The notes under the pieces: generated by a model | What the model saw: only the letters and a program-made list of their open reading frames with translations | Told to the model about the DNA's origin: nothing | Database searches by the model: none | Source of the DNA: Octopus sinensis | Lineage: Eukaryota | DNA: 64,000 nucleotides | Assembly: GCF_006345805.1 (NCBI RefSeq) | Contig: NC_043014.1 | Coordinates: 24,676,001-24,740,000 of the forward strand | Reading direction: 5' to 3' | Made by a program: the position numbers and the translations under genes | Part shown: piece by piece, positions 24,410 to 36,611 of the stretch | Layout of the letters: every line of letters starts with the position of its first letter | Position numbering within the stretch: position 1 is the stretch's first letter

Positions 24410-25630
24410 TATAAATAAAAATTTTCTCTAGTAATAATTTTGGAGTTGGTTATTCTACCACTAATAATATAGGTAACATTATTTCATCTTTTAATAAATT
24501 TAAGTTGAGTAATTTTTATAAAAAGAAATTTTATAATGATACCAATGAAAATAAAGATAACGTTTTCATAGATTGTACATGTAGAGATAAAAATAGTTGT
24601 GAATTTAATAATAAATGTCATTTACATGATGTTTATAAATGTATCGTTACTTTAATTGATGAGAATAATAGGAATAATTAATAACTTGAACGCCATCTAT
24701 ACAGGGTCTACTTCTTCTAAAATTAAATTAAGAGTAGCTCAGCATATGCATTCCTTTAAGAATAGAAATCTTATGAACTCTACTGGGCTTAATAAATATA
24801 TATCGGAACTTAAATCCCAACGAATTAAGTATAATTTAAAGTGGGAGATACTTTGCAAGGGGAAATCATATAGTTTAGGTAGTAATTCCTGTTTTGGATC
24901 TTTTCCTTTTGAACGGCAGACAATTTCTAGTTAACTAAACCCTTTAAAACTTCGTATACTGGTAGAATGTGTCAAAATAAAACATTTTTTCTATTGGCTT
25001 TTCTTGAGAAAATTGTAATTTGTTTGTTTAACGTAGTTTAATTTTTCGAATTTTAACCAATCCTATGCTCTCTTTTGAGCTAAAATCATTTGCTACAATA
25101 ATTTTATACACACACTTTACATAACACACGCTTTCCGTATACGTACGGAAAGCGTATGTATAAAATTATAGAATTATTTTGTTTGTTAATTGTTTAAATT
25201 ATTTTCCATTGCTTTAGTTTTTTTTACATGCGTAACAAATTAATTTAACAATTAAGAAAACAAAATTTAGGGTTAAGGGGTAGGTTTAGGGTTAGTGACA
25301 ATGTTGTCTCAGTTTTAGACACAGCAAATGATTTTAGTTGAATGAAGGTAATCGATTGCCGAAATGCTCAGATTTTCAGACGAGATATCTTACAAACTAT
25401 AGAATTTTCTCAATAAAACCAAGAGAAAATGATGTTTTATAAACACATTCTACCAGTATACGAAGTTTAAAACTTTTTAGTTACCTAGAAATTATGTTAC
25501 AAACTGCCGTTCAAAAGGAAAAGATTTTTTATGTTCTAGTGAATTCAAAGAAATAATATTTAATAATCATAATAAATTAGTTAATTCATTTGACAAGCAT
25601 AAAATTAAATGTAGACACAAATTACTTATA
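22900..25630 (+). mobile_element. Penelope-like element, Naiad-type, degenerate, interrupted by a MITE
   Basis: RITLKDRKGNF, FDIPMGAPDSA, GLYRDDLL and QPYHK...YINANSNQPP RT motifs; CxCx5Cx5C linker at 24574-24618; YTGST GIY-YIG; C-terminal C.LC..E...KCRH resumes after 25525. Confidence 0.85.
24898..25525. mobile_element. MITE-like element with ~110 bp imperfect inverted arms
   Basis: atcttttccttttgaacggcag / ctgccgttcaaaaggaaaagat termini and an inner aaacttcgtatactggtagaatgtgt inverted pair; it splits the PLE ORF. Confidence 0.8.
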
Positions 25631-27844
25631 TAATAGATTTTTAGATAAATAGTGACCCTATTTTTGTTTCTAATTTGTAGCTATAATTTGTACTAGTATT
25701 AATTCTATAATTTAGTATGTGTTTATATATTGTATATTACATAATTAAATAAGTCTAAATTAAATATTTATTATTAAATAAATAAATTAATTAATCAATT
25801 AATTATAGTAGTATTGCGGTTGTAGTTTTGTAGGATGTTTTGAATATAAGTCAAAAAGAGTTAGTAAAGGTTTTTTAAATACTTAGAGTTACATTATATT
25901 TTCATGCTTATTTTATTACTAAATATTTAATATATAATTTGTTTAATGAATATAGATTAAAAGATAGTTATTTCATTTTTTGTTATCGTTGTTGTTGTTG
26001 ATATTATTATTATTATTATATGTGTACTAAAATTATTATATGTGTACTAAATTATTATTATTATTATATGTGTACTAAAATTAAGTATTTGGGGGGGGGG
26101 GAATAGTTTTAATGTTAAATAATTTTGAATATGTACTAAAAAAATTTTTTCCTTATGTGCTATTTATTTATAATAATATAATTAATGAGTGAAGTATTTG
26201 ATCTAAATATAAATTACTTTACTTACATAAGTTTAATTTATTAGGATTTGTTTTGAATATTAATTTGATATATAATATATATTTGTTATAAATGACTGTC
26301 TAGTTTATATTAGTCAAAATGACTTTGCATTATATATTTCGAATTAATATAATTTATTAATAAATATGAATTACATTATAGTTTTTAAATTAATTAAATT
26401 AGTGGTTATAATATTGATACTGATTGAATTAGTACTGGGTTATATAGAATGAGTCTATAAGTTGTTTTGTTTGAATATAACCATATTTATATATATGAAA
26501 TAAATAAATTTGTATAAGATTATTAGAAAATATACAGTTAATTGTAGTTATATATATTAATTAATTTTACTATATTTTATCGTAGTTAATACTAGATTTT
26601 AGTTTTCTAGTTATTCTAGTGATTTTATTCTCTCTTAGAAATTTTATTCTCTTTTTCTGTTAAAGCTAAAATATATTTGTAGTTTTCATTGATAAAATGT
26701 ATGTTCTATTTCTTTAAGCAACATAATTTCACTAAATGGTGATTTTATCGTAATTAATTCTAAACTTTAGTTTTCTAGTGAAAGATATTCTAGTGGATAG
26801 TGATTTTATTCTCTCTTAGAGATTTTATTCTCTTTCTGTTAAAGCTAAAATATATTTGTAGTTTTCATTGATAAAATGTATATTTCCATCTGTTTGTTCT
26901 ATTTCTTTAAGTAACGTAATTTCACGTTTTTCATTTTGAAATTTTTAGTTAATAATACGCCTTTTGGAGAGATAAGTAAACTTTTTTATTTAAGAAATAT
27001 TATTGTACTCTATATAAGAATTGATTATTAAATATGAATTTATAATTTTTTATTTGTTAAGGATAATTTAGATATGTAAATTTATTTAATTATTATTATT
27101 TCGTAATTATTATATCTGAACATAAATTTTAAGATATTAGTTAGTCACTTTGGGATCAAGATTATAAAAAATCTTTTAAGTTTCTTATTATACTTCTAGT
27201 CATTCTACATTTCTAATAGTAATAATAAGTCATTTCTTATTATACTTCTACAGTTAATAATAATAGTAATAATAAGTATTTTCTAAAGATAGGTCATATG
27301 TTCTTATTTTAGAATTTTCAATTCTTATTTTGAATTTCATAAATATTTTCAAAAGATATCTATAATATTTATGTAAGTAATAATGGACTAATATATTTAT
27401 TGTTTATATGTTTATTGATAGATAAAATATAGATTTTTAATTACTATATTTGTTGATTATAATTTAGATACTTATTTTTATGTATTTATTATTTTATAAT
27501 TATTATATGCGAACTAATATCTAAAAATATTAGGAGTGATTGTTTTGTAAAATAGTTTAGTAATTAAATATTAGAGTATAAGTAGGTTAAAGATATTCCA
27601 TACTTTATTAATGTTTTTTATTAAGCTAAATTATATCTTCACTGATAAATACATTTTTCTATCTATTTACTCTATTTTTTTACCTTAAATATTTAACATA
27701 ATAAGAAACTGATCCTAATATTTTAAGTTTCAAATTTAGTTAATGGAGTTTCTTCTATAAGAAAAATTATTATTTTTTTTTAATATTATTTTTTTAATAA
27801 ATGTTGTTTAACTCTATTTGCTTATTTATTTAACAATTATTGTT

Positions 27845-27945
27845 AACCTGAAGAATGACTATAATTTAAAATTAAATTGATTTTCGATTAAACTTAAATT
27901 TAATTGTAATTTGAATTTAATTATAGCCATGAAACATACGTAGTT
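27845..27945 (+). ncRNA. Type I hammerhead ribozyme with extended stem II
   Basis: AAC-CTGAAGA-ATG(a)CTATAATT...AATTATAG(c)CAT-GAAA-C-ATAC-GTA-GTT; the canonical core is intact. Confidence 0.7.
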
Positions 27946-28108
27946 TTTTACTTATTATATATTGATTATTCATTTTTATACTTTTTGTAATCTAATTATG
28001 TTTTATATAAAAATACATTTTATTTTTTATTTATGATTTGGTTTATGTCTATCATGTTTGAATTGCATAATAGTGGTTTTCTCTAATTTATATATTATAT
28101 ATATATTA

Positions 28109-28482
28109 TCTTTATATATAAAAGAGAGGTTGTGTGCTGGCTGTCTCCTACGATTTAGATTCCTAACTACTCCCACATTTTGCGGTGCAGTTTAACCAAA
28201 GCCGGGTATCTTATAGTCATGATTCATATCGAGCCCTTCTGGGTATTAGCGTGCGTCTACGATGAGTCTACGATTTAAAAAAAAATTTACCATCAATTTT
28301 TCCCATTTTAATGCATTTTTGGCATATATAAGGGAAGTAACTCTCTAAAAATGTATTATTAAATCTCAGAACGTAAAAAGCTACAGTAACACCCCCTCCC
28401 TTTGTGGTTAACCATATTGAGATGGCTATTATACTTTACATCTCTAAAAATGCTTATATAGCAACGCCGGGCGATACTGCTA

Positions 28483-28483
<1 letters not shown>
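28109..28483 (+). mobile_element. Non-autonomous Helitron-like element (family A)
   Basis: A|TC 5' end (tctttatatataaaag), 3' gcaacgccgggcgatactg-CTAG|T end; homologous copy at 57708-58121. Confidence 0.75.
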
Positions 28484-28529
<46 letters not shown>

Positions 28530-28542
28530 TATATAATATATA

Positions 28543-28591
<49 letters not shown>

Positions 28592-28597
28592 ATTATA

Positions 28598-28638
<41 letters not shown>

Positions 28639-28659
28639 ATGAAGATAGCTGTGTGAAAA

Positions 28660-28865
28660 AGCGCCACATCCTAGCGGTTGAGGGAACCTGTGGAAGAGGT
28701 AGACCCAGGAAGACCTGGGACGAGGTGGTGAAGCATGATCTTCAAACATTGTTTGCGAAGACCTGTTGAGGCAAGTGAATTCGAAATCGAAATCAAAATT
28801 GAATTCGAAATTGAACCAAATTCGTCGACTAACACCCATGCCAACCTCCCTTCACTGGATACTAA
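28660..28865 (+). mobile_element. RTE LINE 3' fragment
   Basis: gtggaagaggtagacccaggaagacctgggacgaggtggtgaagcatga block ([14 protein letters not shown]). Confidence 0.75.
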
Positions 28866-29369
28866 ACTCAGCTAATCGAATTAGTGTTTACAACAATGTT
28901 AAACTAGCTGAAGATGTTTGTAATCTCGAACGAGATTATTCTTAATATTCTTCTCAAACAGTGAAGATAGCAATGAGTGTAACGATATCGCTACATATAG
29001 CCTCTTGCCAGACGTTTTGTCGTAGACAAAACGGCGATAAAATTGATATTATTTTATATATATATATTTTTTTTTTCTTAAGAGTTCCTTCTTCAGCGTT
29101 CTCTTGTGTCAATTCTGTAACTTATGTTTACCGTTGGCCGCGCAGTATATCAGAATGGCTGCGTGTTAAGGGGGTCACCAGTATAAAAATAGTAACCAGA
29201 GGAATAACAATGTAATTTGGTTCACAGTTCATGTTGTTGGTATCAGCCTAGCAACAGATAGTAGCAGATGGCTTAAGGTAGTTCTTATAAGAACTAGGAC
29301 TCAAGACAGATAATTGATTTACCGTTTATGAGGTACACGGAGCGCAAGAGTTCCATATCAAGATGTTGG

Positions 29370-29825
29370 GGCAAATGAAATCGAAATTGAACCAAATTCA
29401 ATACCATGGAGTGCTAACAGCTCCATCCAAGCGGGATCACTGCCGGAGCAGATGTCAGGCACATTTAAGCATCATTTGAGCATGATCATTGTCAGCATCG
29501 CCTCACTGGCACATGAACAAAACATTCGAGCAAGTTCGTTGCCAGTGCTGCTGGACTGACTCCTGTGCAGGTGGCACGTAAAAAACACCATTTTCAAGCG
29601 TGGCTGTTGCCAGTACCGCCAGACTGGCCCTCGTGCCAGTGGCACTTTAAAAGCACCCACTACACTCTCGGAGGGGTTGGCGTTAGGAAGGGCATCCAGC
29701 TGTAGAAACTCTGCCCGATAAGACTGGAGCCTGGCGCAGCCATCTGGTTCGCCAGTACTCAGTCAAACCGTCTAACCCATGCTAGTACGGAAAGCAGACG
29801 TTAAACGATGATGATGATGATGATA
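29370..29825 (+). mobile_element. RTE 3'-UTR copy with (GAT)n tail
   Basis: Same motif set as 22480-22725 and 44100-44490. Confidence 0.75.
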
Positions 29826-29905
<80 letters not shown>

Positions 29906-30258
29906 ATATGGATGTGTGTGTTATATATGTGTGTGTATGTGAGTGTGTGTACATGTATATGTGTATGCATGTATATATGTTTATATGGAATACCTAATTA
30001 TTTCACTTCTCTTCTCCCATAATTTAATTACTGGTCTATTGTTCTTTTTACATGTTCTGTGTCTATTGTTCTTTCTTTTTGTATGGGTATGTCTGCAATA
30101 TCATTATTGCTATTTATATTGATTTATGACTATAACTATTTTTATAACTGTATCTATTTTAATAATATATATATTCTTATCTTTAATGGCACACTATTCT
30201 TTCTTTTTAATGTTTTCATTATGCTTTAAATATGACAAATTTCTTTGTACATCATTCC

Positions 30259-30360
30259 CTGAAGATATTCACACGTGTAGTAATCAACTAAATTGATTTA
30301 GTTAAATTTAATTAAATTTGGTTGATTTTATGCTGCAAGTGATGAATTGAAACAATTGTG
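30259..30360 (+). ncRNA. Degenerate hammerhead ribozyme with extended stem II
   Basis: CTGAAGA-(t)ATTCA...AATCAACTAAATT / AATTTGGTTGATT...TGAAT(t)-GAAA-C-AATT-GTG. The cleavage triplet is GUG and stem I is lost. Confidence 0.5.
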
Positions 30361-31077
30361 AGTCTGATCTTGTCAATGTTATAAAAATAGGATCACATGC
30401 GGTCGTATCGTATAGGGAATACAATCGCACGCGATCCCATTCTTAATGATTTATTACTGACCATATCATACATACAGCGGCAAAACACAAGTGAATTGAC
30501 ACAAGTCTTCTTTTTGAGATATATACATTATTTATTTTACATATTTTACAATCATGTTGGTTGGAAGTTTGTAAGTGTTAGCATGTTTTTGTGTCTGTGT
30601 GTTCGTGAGGCATAAAAGGTACTGACCAGAGGAATAACAATGGAATTTGGTTCACAGTTCATGTTGTTGGTATCAGCCTAGCAACAGGTAGTAGCAGATG
30701 ACTTAAGGTAGTTCTTAGAAGAACTAAAACTCAAGACAGATAATTGATTTACCGTTTATGAGGTACACGGAGGGTAAGAGTTCCATATCAAGATGTTGCG
30801 TCTCGTAGTTGAGATTAATTGAATCACTTGTTGTGTTTATCTTTCTCTTGATATGAATATACTTCCAGATGTGTTAACTGTAGCCGTTTTTCCTGTGGTG
30901 AGATTTTCACCTAACCGCTATAGTTGAATCTGTAGTTGTCTTGTGTACAAATTAAATCTCCGATGTTCGGCGATGAGTTGTGTCTGTCGCTTGGTTTTTG
31001 CTGCGTCTTCATCATATATTCTGCTTGGTTATTTTTCTCTTGAACTGCCTTTCGAACTGGAACATGGTCGAGTATGC

Positions 31078-31275
31078 TCTGTGTGGTCAGAGGTCCGTTC
31101 TGAGAAGAACTAGAACCAAAGACGAACTCTGTGGTCAGAGGTTCGCCCTGAGAAGGACTTGAACAAAAGATGAACTTTGTGTGGTCAGAGGTTCGCCCTG
31201 AGAAGGACTTGAACCAAAGACGAACTCTGTGTGGTCAGAGGTTCGCCCTGAGAAGGACTTGAACCAAAGACGAAT
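31078..31275. repeat. 48-50 bp minisatellite (second array at 32325-32565)
   Basis: Tandem gaactctgtggtcagaggttcgccctgagaaggacttgaaccaaagac units with no spacers. Confidence 0.9.
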
Positions 31276-32566
31276 ATTTGTCTGAGAACCCTTCTTTATA
31301 TAAGGTTTATGAGGCTTAAAACAAAACTTCAGAAATGAAAAGCTGTGAGTGGCTGCTTGGAACAATGGCGCGAAAATAAGCGGAGGCAAATCGCGTCACG
31401 TGACAACCAGCGGTGCGAACGTAGTAGAGACCACGTCTCAGCTAATCGAATTAGTGTTTACAACAATGTTAAACTAGCTGAAGATGTTTGTAATCTCGAA
31501 CGAGATTATTCTTAATATTCTTCTCAAACAGTGAAGATAGCAATGAGTGTAACGATATCGCTACATATAGCCTCTTGCCAGACGTTTTGTCGTAGACAAA
31601 ACGGCGATAAAATTGATATTATTTTATATATATATATATTTTTTTTTCTTAAAGAGTTCCTTCTTCAGCGTTCTCTTGTGTCAATTCTGTAACTTATGTT
31701 TACCGTTGGCCGCGCAGTATATCAGAATGGCTGCGTGTTAAGGGGGTCACCAGTATAAAAATAGTGACCAGAGGAATAACAATGTAATTTGGTTCACAGT
31801 TCATGTTGTTGGTATCAGCCTAGCAACAGATAGTAGCAGATGGCTTAAGGTAGTTCTTATAAGAACTAGGACTCAAGACAGATAATTGATTTACCGTTTA
31901 TGAGGTACACGGAGCGCAAGAGTTCCATATCAAGATGTTGCGTCTCGTAGTTGAGATTAATTGAATCACTTGTTGTGTTTATCTTTCTCTTGATATGAAT
32001 ATACTTCCAGATGTGTTAACTGTAGCCGTTTTTCCCGTAGTGAGATTTTCACCTAACCGCTATAGTTGAATCTGTAGTTGTCTTGTGTACAAATTAAACC
32101 TTAGTAGATAGTGACGATGTTTGGCGATGAGTTGTGTCTGTCGCTTGGTTTTTGCTGCGTCTTCATTATATATTCTGCTTGGTTATTTTTCTCTAGTTAT
32201 AGATATCCTGTAACCGTTCTTTTCGTGGTGACATTTTCACACTAACAGTATGAGAGGAATCTGTAACATCTTGTGTTAATGGTGGTCGCCTGCCTTTCGA
32301 ACTGGAACATGGTCGAGTATGCCCTGTGTGGTCAGGGGTTTAGTTCTGAAAAGAACTAGAACCAAAGACGAACTCTGTGGTCAGAGGTTCGCCCTGAGAA
32401 GGACTAGAAACCTAAGACGAGCTCTGTGGTCAGAGGTTCGCCCTGAGAAGGACTTGAACCAAAGATGAGCTCTGTGGTTAGAGGTTAGCCCTGAGAAGGA
32501 CTAGAAACCTAAGACGAGCTCTGTGGTCAGAGGTTCGCCCTGAGAAGGACTTGAACCAAAGACGAT

Positions 32567-33351
32567 ATTTCTTTATTACCCACTAGAGGCCACATAGAGG
32601 GGGACATTACAAACATTGCGGACATAGAACAATACAATTACAAAGAATGAAAAATGAATTTTGAAAGTGATGATATGAAAGTGATGCTAACGGCCCCATC
32701 CATTAGCATCACTTACCTGTCCTTTGGTTACTACTCCCACACATATATTCCTTGTTCAGTTCCAATAACAAAACCTTTCATCTCCATTCCTACTTCAAAC
32801 GTTTCCTCCAAATCTCTCACGGTTTCTTCCATCATTCTCACCTCTTTCACTTCCCAATCCTCCCTTTCACACTTTATCATAAAATCATCCATTCGTTCCT
32901 TTCCAATCACTGCATACCTGATATGTCACACCATTTATATTCCTCCATTGTCTTTTTAATTTTTTCCTTTCCTGTCATCAATACAATGTTTGGCCTGGGT
33001 TCTTGTTTGGTGTCTTGTCTGTGTGCATCTTTTTTTTTTTGTTTTCTTGTTGGAGGGGAACGGGTGGGTTCACTGTCTGCAGGGGAAGGATGGAACTCAG
33101 AGGGTGCGGGTGGTGTTGGGGAGGATTGGGGTTCAGTATTGTTCAACTTTCTCCTCTTTCTTTTTTTCTTTTCCTCTACCCATTCGTTCTGGGCATCTTC
33201 TTCTGTTGTTTCAACACTCCACTGGATTCCGTTCTTCTTTATTCTCTTCTTCTCTTTGTACCTCTATAACAATTTCCTTTGGTGGGGGAGGGCAGTTAGT
33301 TCTTATGTGGCCTCTCAGGCCACACTTGTAGCAGCGCGGGGCTCTGCCCTC
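32567..33351 (-). mobile_element. 3' part of a gag/ORF1-like zinc-knuckle element with no RT
   Basis: EGRAPRCYKCGLRGHIRTNC (CX2CX4HX4C), a charged low-complexity tail, then gtccccctctatgtggcc..gtgggtaataaagaaat 3' end. Confidence 0.65.
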
Positions 33352-33587
33352 TGTTGTTGTTATATATATATAGTATTGAGTATTAAAGGAAGTAGTGAGT
33401 ATTTAGTATGAAAGATTAAGAAAATGAGAGAGACTGAAACAACGTGTTAACGATACGAGATACTTTATTCGACTGCCGTTGTTGTACAAGTTAATTGTTT
33501 TGGCGGGAAACAAAGTGAAAGTCCTTTTATCAAGGGAGACAATGGGCGACGTTGATTGTTCATGTTTGTTGTGATGATTATATAACA
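33352..33587 (-). repeat. 3' LTR
   Basis: TGT...ACA termini; differs from the 5' LTR by about 3 substitutions and a small indel. Confidence 0.95.
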
Positions 33588-33612
33588 TCCTTTTTTAAAA
33601 TTTTTTTTTATA

Positions 33613-34859
33613 TCATCTGTATCTACAGGGAATAATTATTCGTCGTCCACTTTTTGTGGTTTTATTATTTTGTAGTGTTGAATTCTGTAGTTGTGCTGTT
33701 TTTGTTTTTTCATGCGTGTTTGTTGATTTTGGAAATATATTTTCATAATCTAATTCTTCTGTTATGCGAACGTGTTCGTTTGTTTTAAGAATATGTTGTC
33801 TATTTCGTTTGACTGTATTTCCTTCCTCTGTTATTACTAAGTATGAACGAGGTTGCTCTAGTTTTTTAATTATTTTGCCCCTTCTAAACCAATTGTTGTT
33901 AAACTTAATTCTAACCGTGTCGTGTGGTTTTAACTCTGGGAGTTCTGTTGTAATGTTTGATTTCTTCTTTTCGTGAGGCCTGATACCAATTTTGTCGTGT
34001 AGTATGTTTGGGAGCTTTGTTCGCAATGTTCTATTCATTATTTGATTTGCAGGGGATGGTGCACCATTTTGTAATTTAGTCGTGCGTAATGCTAAGAGCG
34101 CTAACTGAGGTTCTTCGTCACTTTTGAATGCCTTTTTTAGCGTCTTTTTTATTGTCTGTATATTTCTCTCAACCATGCCATTCGCTTGATGATAATGCGG
34201 GCTTGTCTTCGTGTGATGAAAATGCCAATTTTTTGCAAATTTTTTGAATTCAGCCGAATTGAATTCTGGACCGTTGTCACTTACAACTGTTTGCGGAATT
34301 CCGAATTTAGCAAAAGTTTCTTTTAATTTTTTGATTACGGTTTTTGACTGGCAATCATTTATTTCGTGTAGATCAAAAAATCTTGTTGTATAGTCAATAA
34401 TTGTGACATACGAATTTCCAGACAGGTGAAATACGTCTGTACCCACTTTGGTCCATGGTGTGTAGTAGGTATTTCATGATTTATTAGTGGTTCGGCTGCT
34501 TGTTGATTTTTGTAGTCAATGCAGTATGAGCATGTGTTAATCATGTCTTTGATTTGAGCGTTAATGCCGGGCCAGTATATACATTCCTTCGCTCTCTCTA
34601 TGCATTTTTCGATACCCATGTGTCCGGTATGTATTTCCTGTAGAGCTTCTCTACGTAATGACTTAGGTACAATTATTCTTGAACCTTTTAGAACGAGACC
34701 ATTGACGATTGATATTTCATCACGAACGGATACGAATGGTTTGATGTTTATTGGTATTTTGTCTTTTGGGGGCCATTCTGTTCTTGTATATGTGACGATC
34801 GTCTGGTACTTCTGGAGTATTTTGCTCAAGGTATGCACGTGATAGGGTATCTGCAACAA
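33613..34859 (-). pseudogene. Gypsy integrase (zinc-finger and core in different frames)
   Basis: HTGHMGIEKC...C..C, then GTDVF, SDNGPEF and ANGMVERNIQ motifs; frameshift between the 34359..34859 and 33613..34446 ORFs. Confidence 0.92.
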
Positions 34860-36336
34860 TTGATTCTTTACCAGGTATGTGGTTTAGGTCAAAATCATAT
34901 CTTTGTAATGTTAGTAGAAATCTTTGGATTCTGGGGGGGCATTTAGTGATCGATTTTTTGAATATTTGCTTCAACGGTTTATGGTCATTTTCGATTCTGA
35001 AATGAGTTCCGTATATAAACTGATGAAATTTTTTGCATGCGAAAACTATACCGAGAGCTTCGCTCTCTATCGGACAGTAGTTTTGTTCCGCTTGAGTTGT
35101 TGCACGAGATGCAAACGAAACAGGTAGCCATCTTTCGTTGTGTTTCTGCTCAAGTATCGCTCCGAGCCCATGCTTACTAGCATCTGTAGTTATTTTTATT
35201 GGTAGATCTGGATCATAAAATTGTAGCACTGGTTTTCTGGTAATCATTTCTTTTAGCTTTCTTATTGCTTCGATTTGTGGTTTGTCGAATGACCATAACG
35301 TGTCACTCTGTAGAAGCTGGCGCAATGGCGCTGTGACTTCGGAGTAATTAGATAAAAATTTACATAGGTAATTTGTCATACCTAGGAATCTTTGTAATTC
35401 TTTTTTACTTGTTGGCAGTGGCATGTGAATGATTGCTTGTACCTTGGTTGGATCTTGTTTTATCCCTTCGCTGGTTAATATATGCCCAAGGTACTTGATT
35501 TGTGATTCATAGAAGATACACTTTGATTTATTTAACTTTAATCCGTGCTTTCGGATTCGATCGAAAACTTGTTGTAGTCTATTTGTGTGTTCTTCTAAAG
35601 TGTTGGACCAGATTATGATGTCATCCTGTGAATTTCTTGCTCCTTCTATGCCCTCTATTATTTTTGAAATTTCTTTTTGGAAAACTTCACTGGCGCTGTG
35701 AATTCCAAAGAGTAGTCGTGTGAAGCGATACCTTCCAAAAGGTGTGTTGAACGTTAAAAGATGGGAGCTTTCTTCGTCAACTGGAATTTGCCAGTATCCA
35801 TTAGATGCATCGAGTTTTGAAAAATATTTAGGGTTATGCATTTGTGCAAAAATGTCCTCCGCTGTAGGGAGTTTGAAATGTTGCCTTTTTATGGCTTTGT
35901 TTAGATTCTTGGGGTCTAAACAGAGTCGGAGTTTTCTGTTGGCTTTTTCAACGATGACTAGGGAATTTACCCAGTCTGTAGGTTCACTAACAGGTTTTAT
36001 GATATCTAATTCTGTCATTCTTTTTAATTCTTTGTTGAGTTTTTCTTTTATAGAAAAAGGAACCGATCTTGGTGGATGAATTACAGGAGTTATTTGTGGA
36101 TCCACTGTGATATGATGTGTTATTGACAAAGTGCCGATTTCTCCGAAACAGTCTTCATATTTTTCTAATATGTCGTTTGTGTTCGACGAATTTATTTTTG
36201 AAATTCTCTGAATCAGGTTCAGATCTTTAGCTGTCTTTGCATCTATAACTGCGTGCGAGTTTGTTTTTGCAACAATGAATTTTATTTGCTTTGATAATTC
36301 TTTGTATTTAATGACTGCTGTGCATTTTCCTAGCAC
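34720..36336 (-). pseudogene. Gypsy RT + RNase H
   Basis: DPKNLNKAI, LDASNGYWQI, SQDDIII, TTDASKHGLG, ESEALG and NDHKPL motifs in a 538 aa ORF. Confidence 0.95.
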
Positions 36337-36611
36337 TTTTATAGCTGTGTTATTATAAGCTGATAATCGAGTTGAAGTTTTTTGCAGTTGTGGTTTTGGA
36401 ATTATATTTCTATATTCTCTGAATGGCAGTACGGTTACGTCTGCTCATGTATCTATTTTGAATGTTACATTCGAGTTGTTCACTTTTAGTTCGACCGTCC
36501 AAATGTCTTTTGGAGTCTTGAACTTTTCGATTTTGTGCACGCGGAAATTATTTGCAGTGATCATTTCGAGTGCATGTGTATCGTCATCTGATTCATCGTC
36601 GGTATGTATCT

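Larger units (their letters stand above)
28867..32566. repeat. Unclassified ~1.5-2 kb unit in three overlapping partial tandem copies
   Basis: 28867-29366, 30622-31440 and 31437-32566 share near-identical blocks. Both later copies end in a 48-50 bp minisatellite. Confidence 0.85.

Noticed and set aside
22900-25630. Selenocysteine recoding, reported for some Naiad PLEs
   Set aside because: No in-frame TGA at a conserved Cys position and no SECIS could be identified in this decayed copy.
28908-28990. CTGAAGA followed by a strong hairpin (also at 31478) as a hammerhead
   Set aside because: The stem is followed by GTGAAG rather than GAAA, and no stem I or III can be formed.
31078-32565. CRISPR-like appearance of the 48-50 bp and 42 bp arrays
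   Set aside because: The units are contiguous with no unique spacers, there are no cas genes, and the context is eukaryotic.
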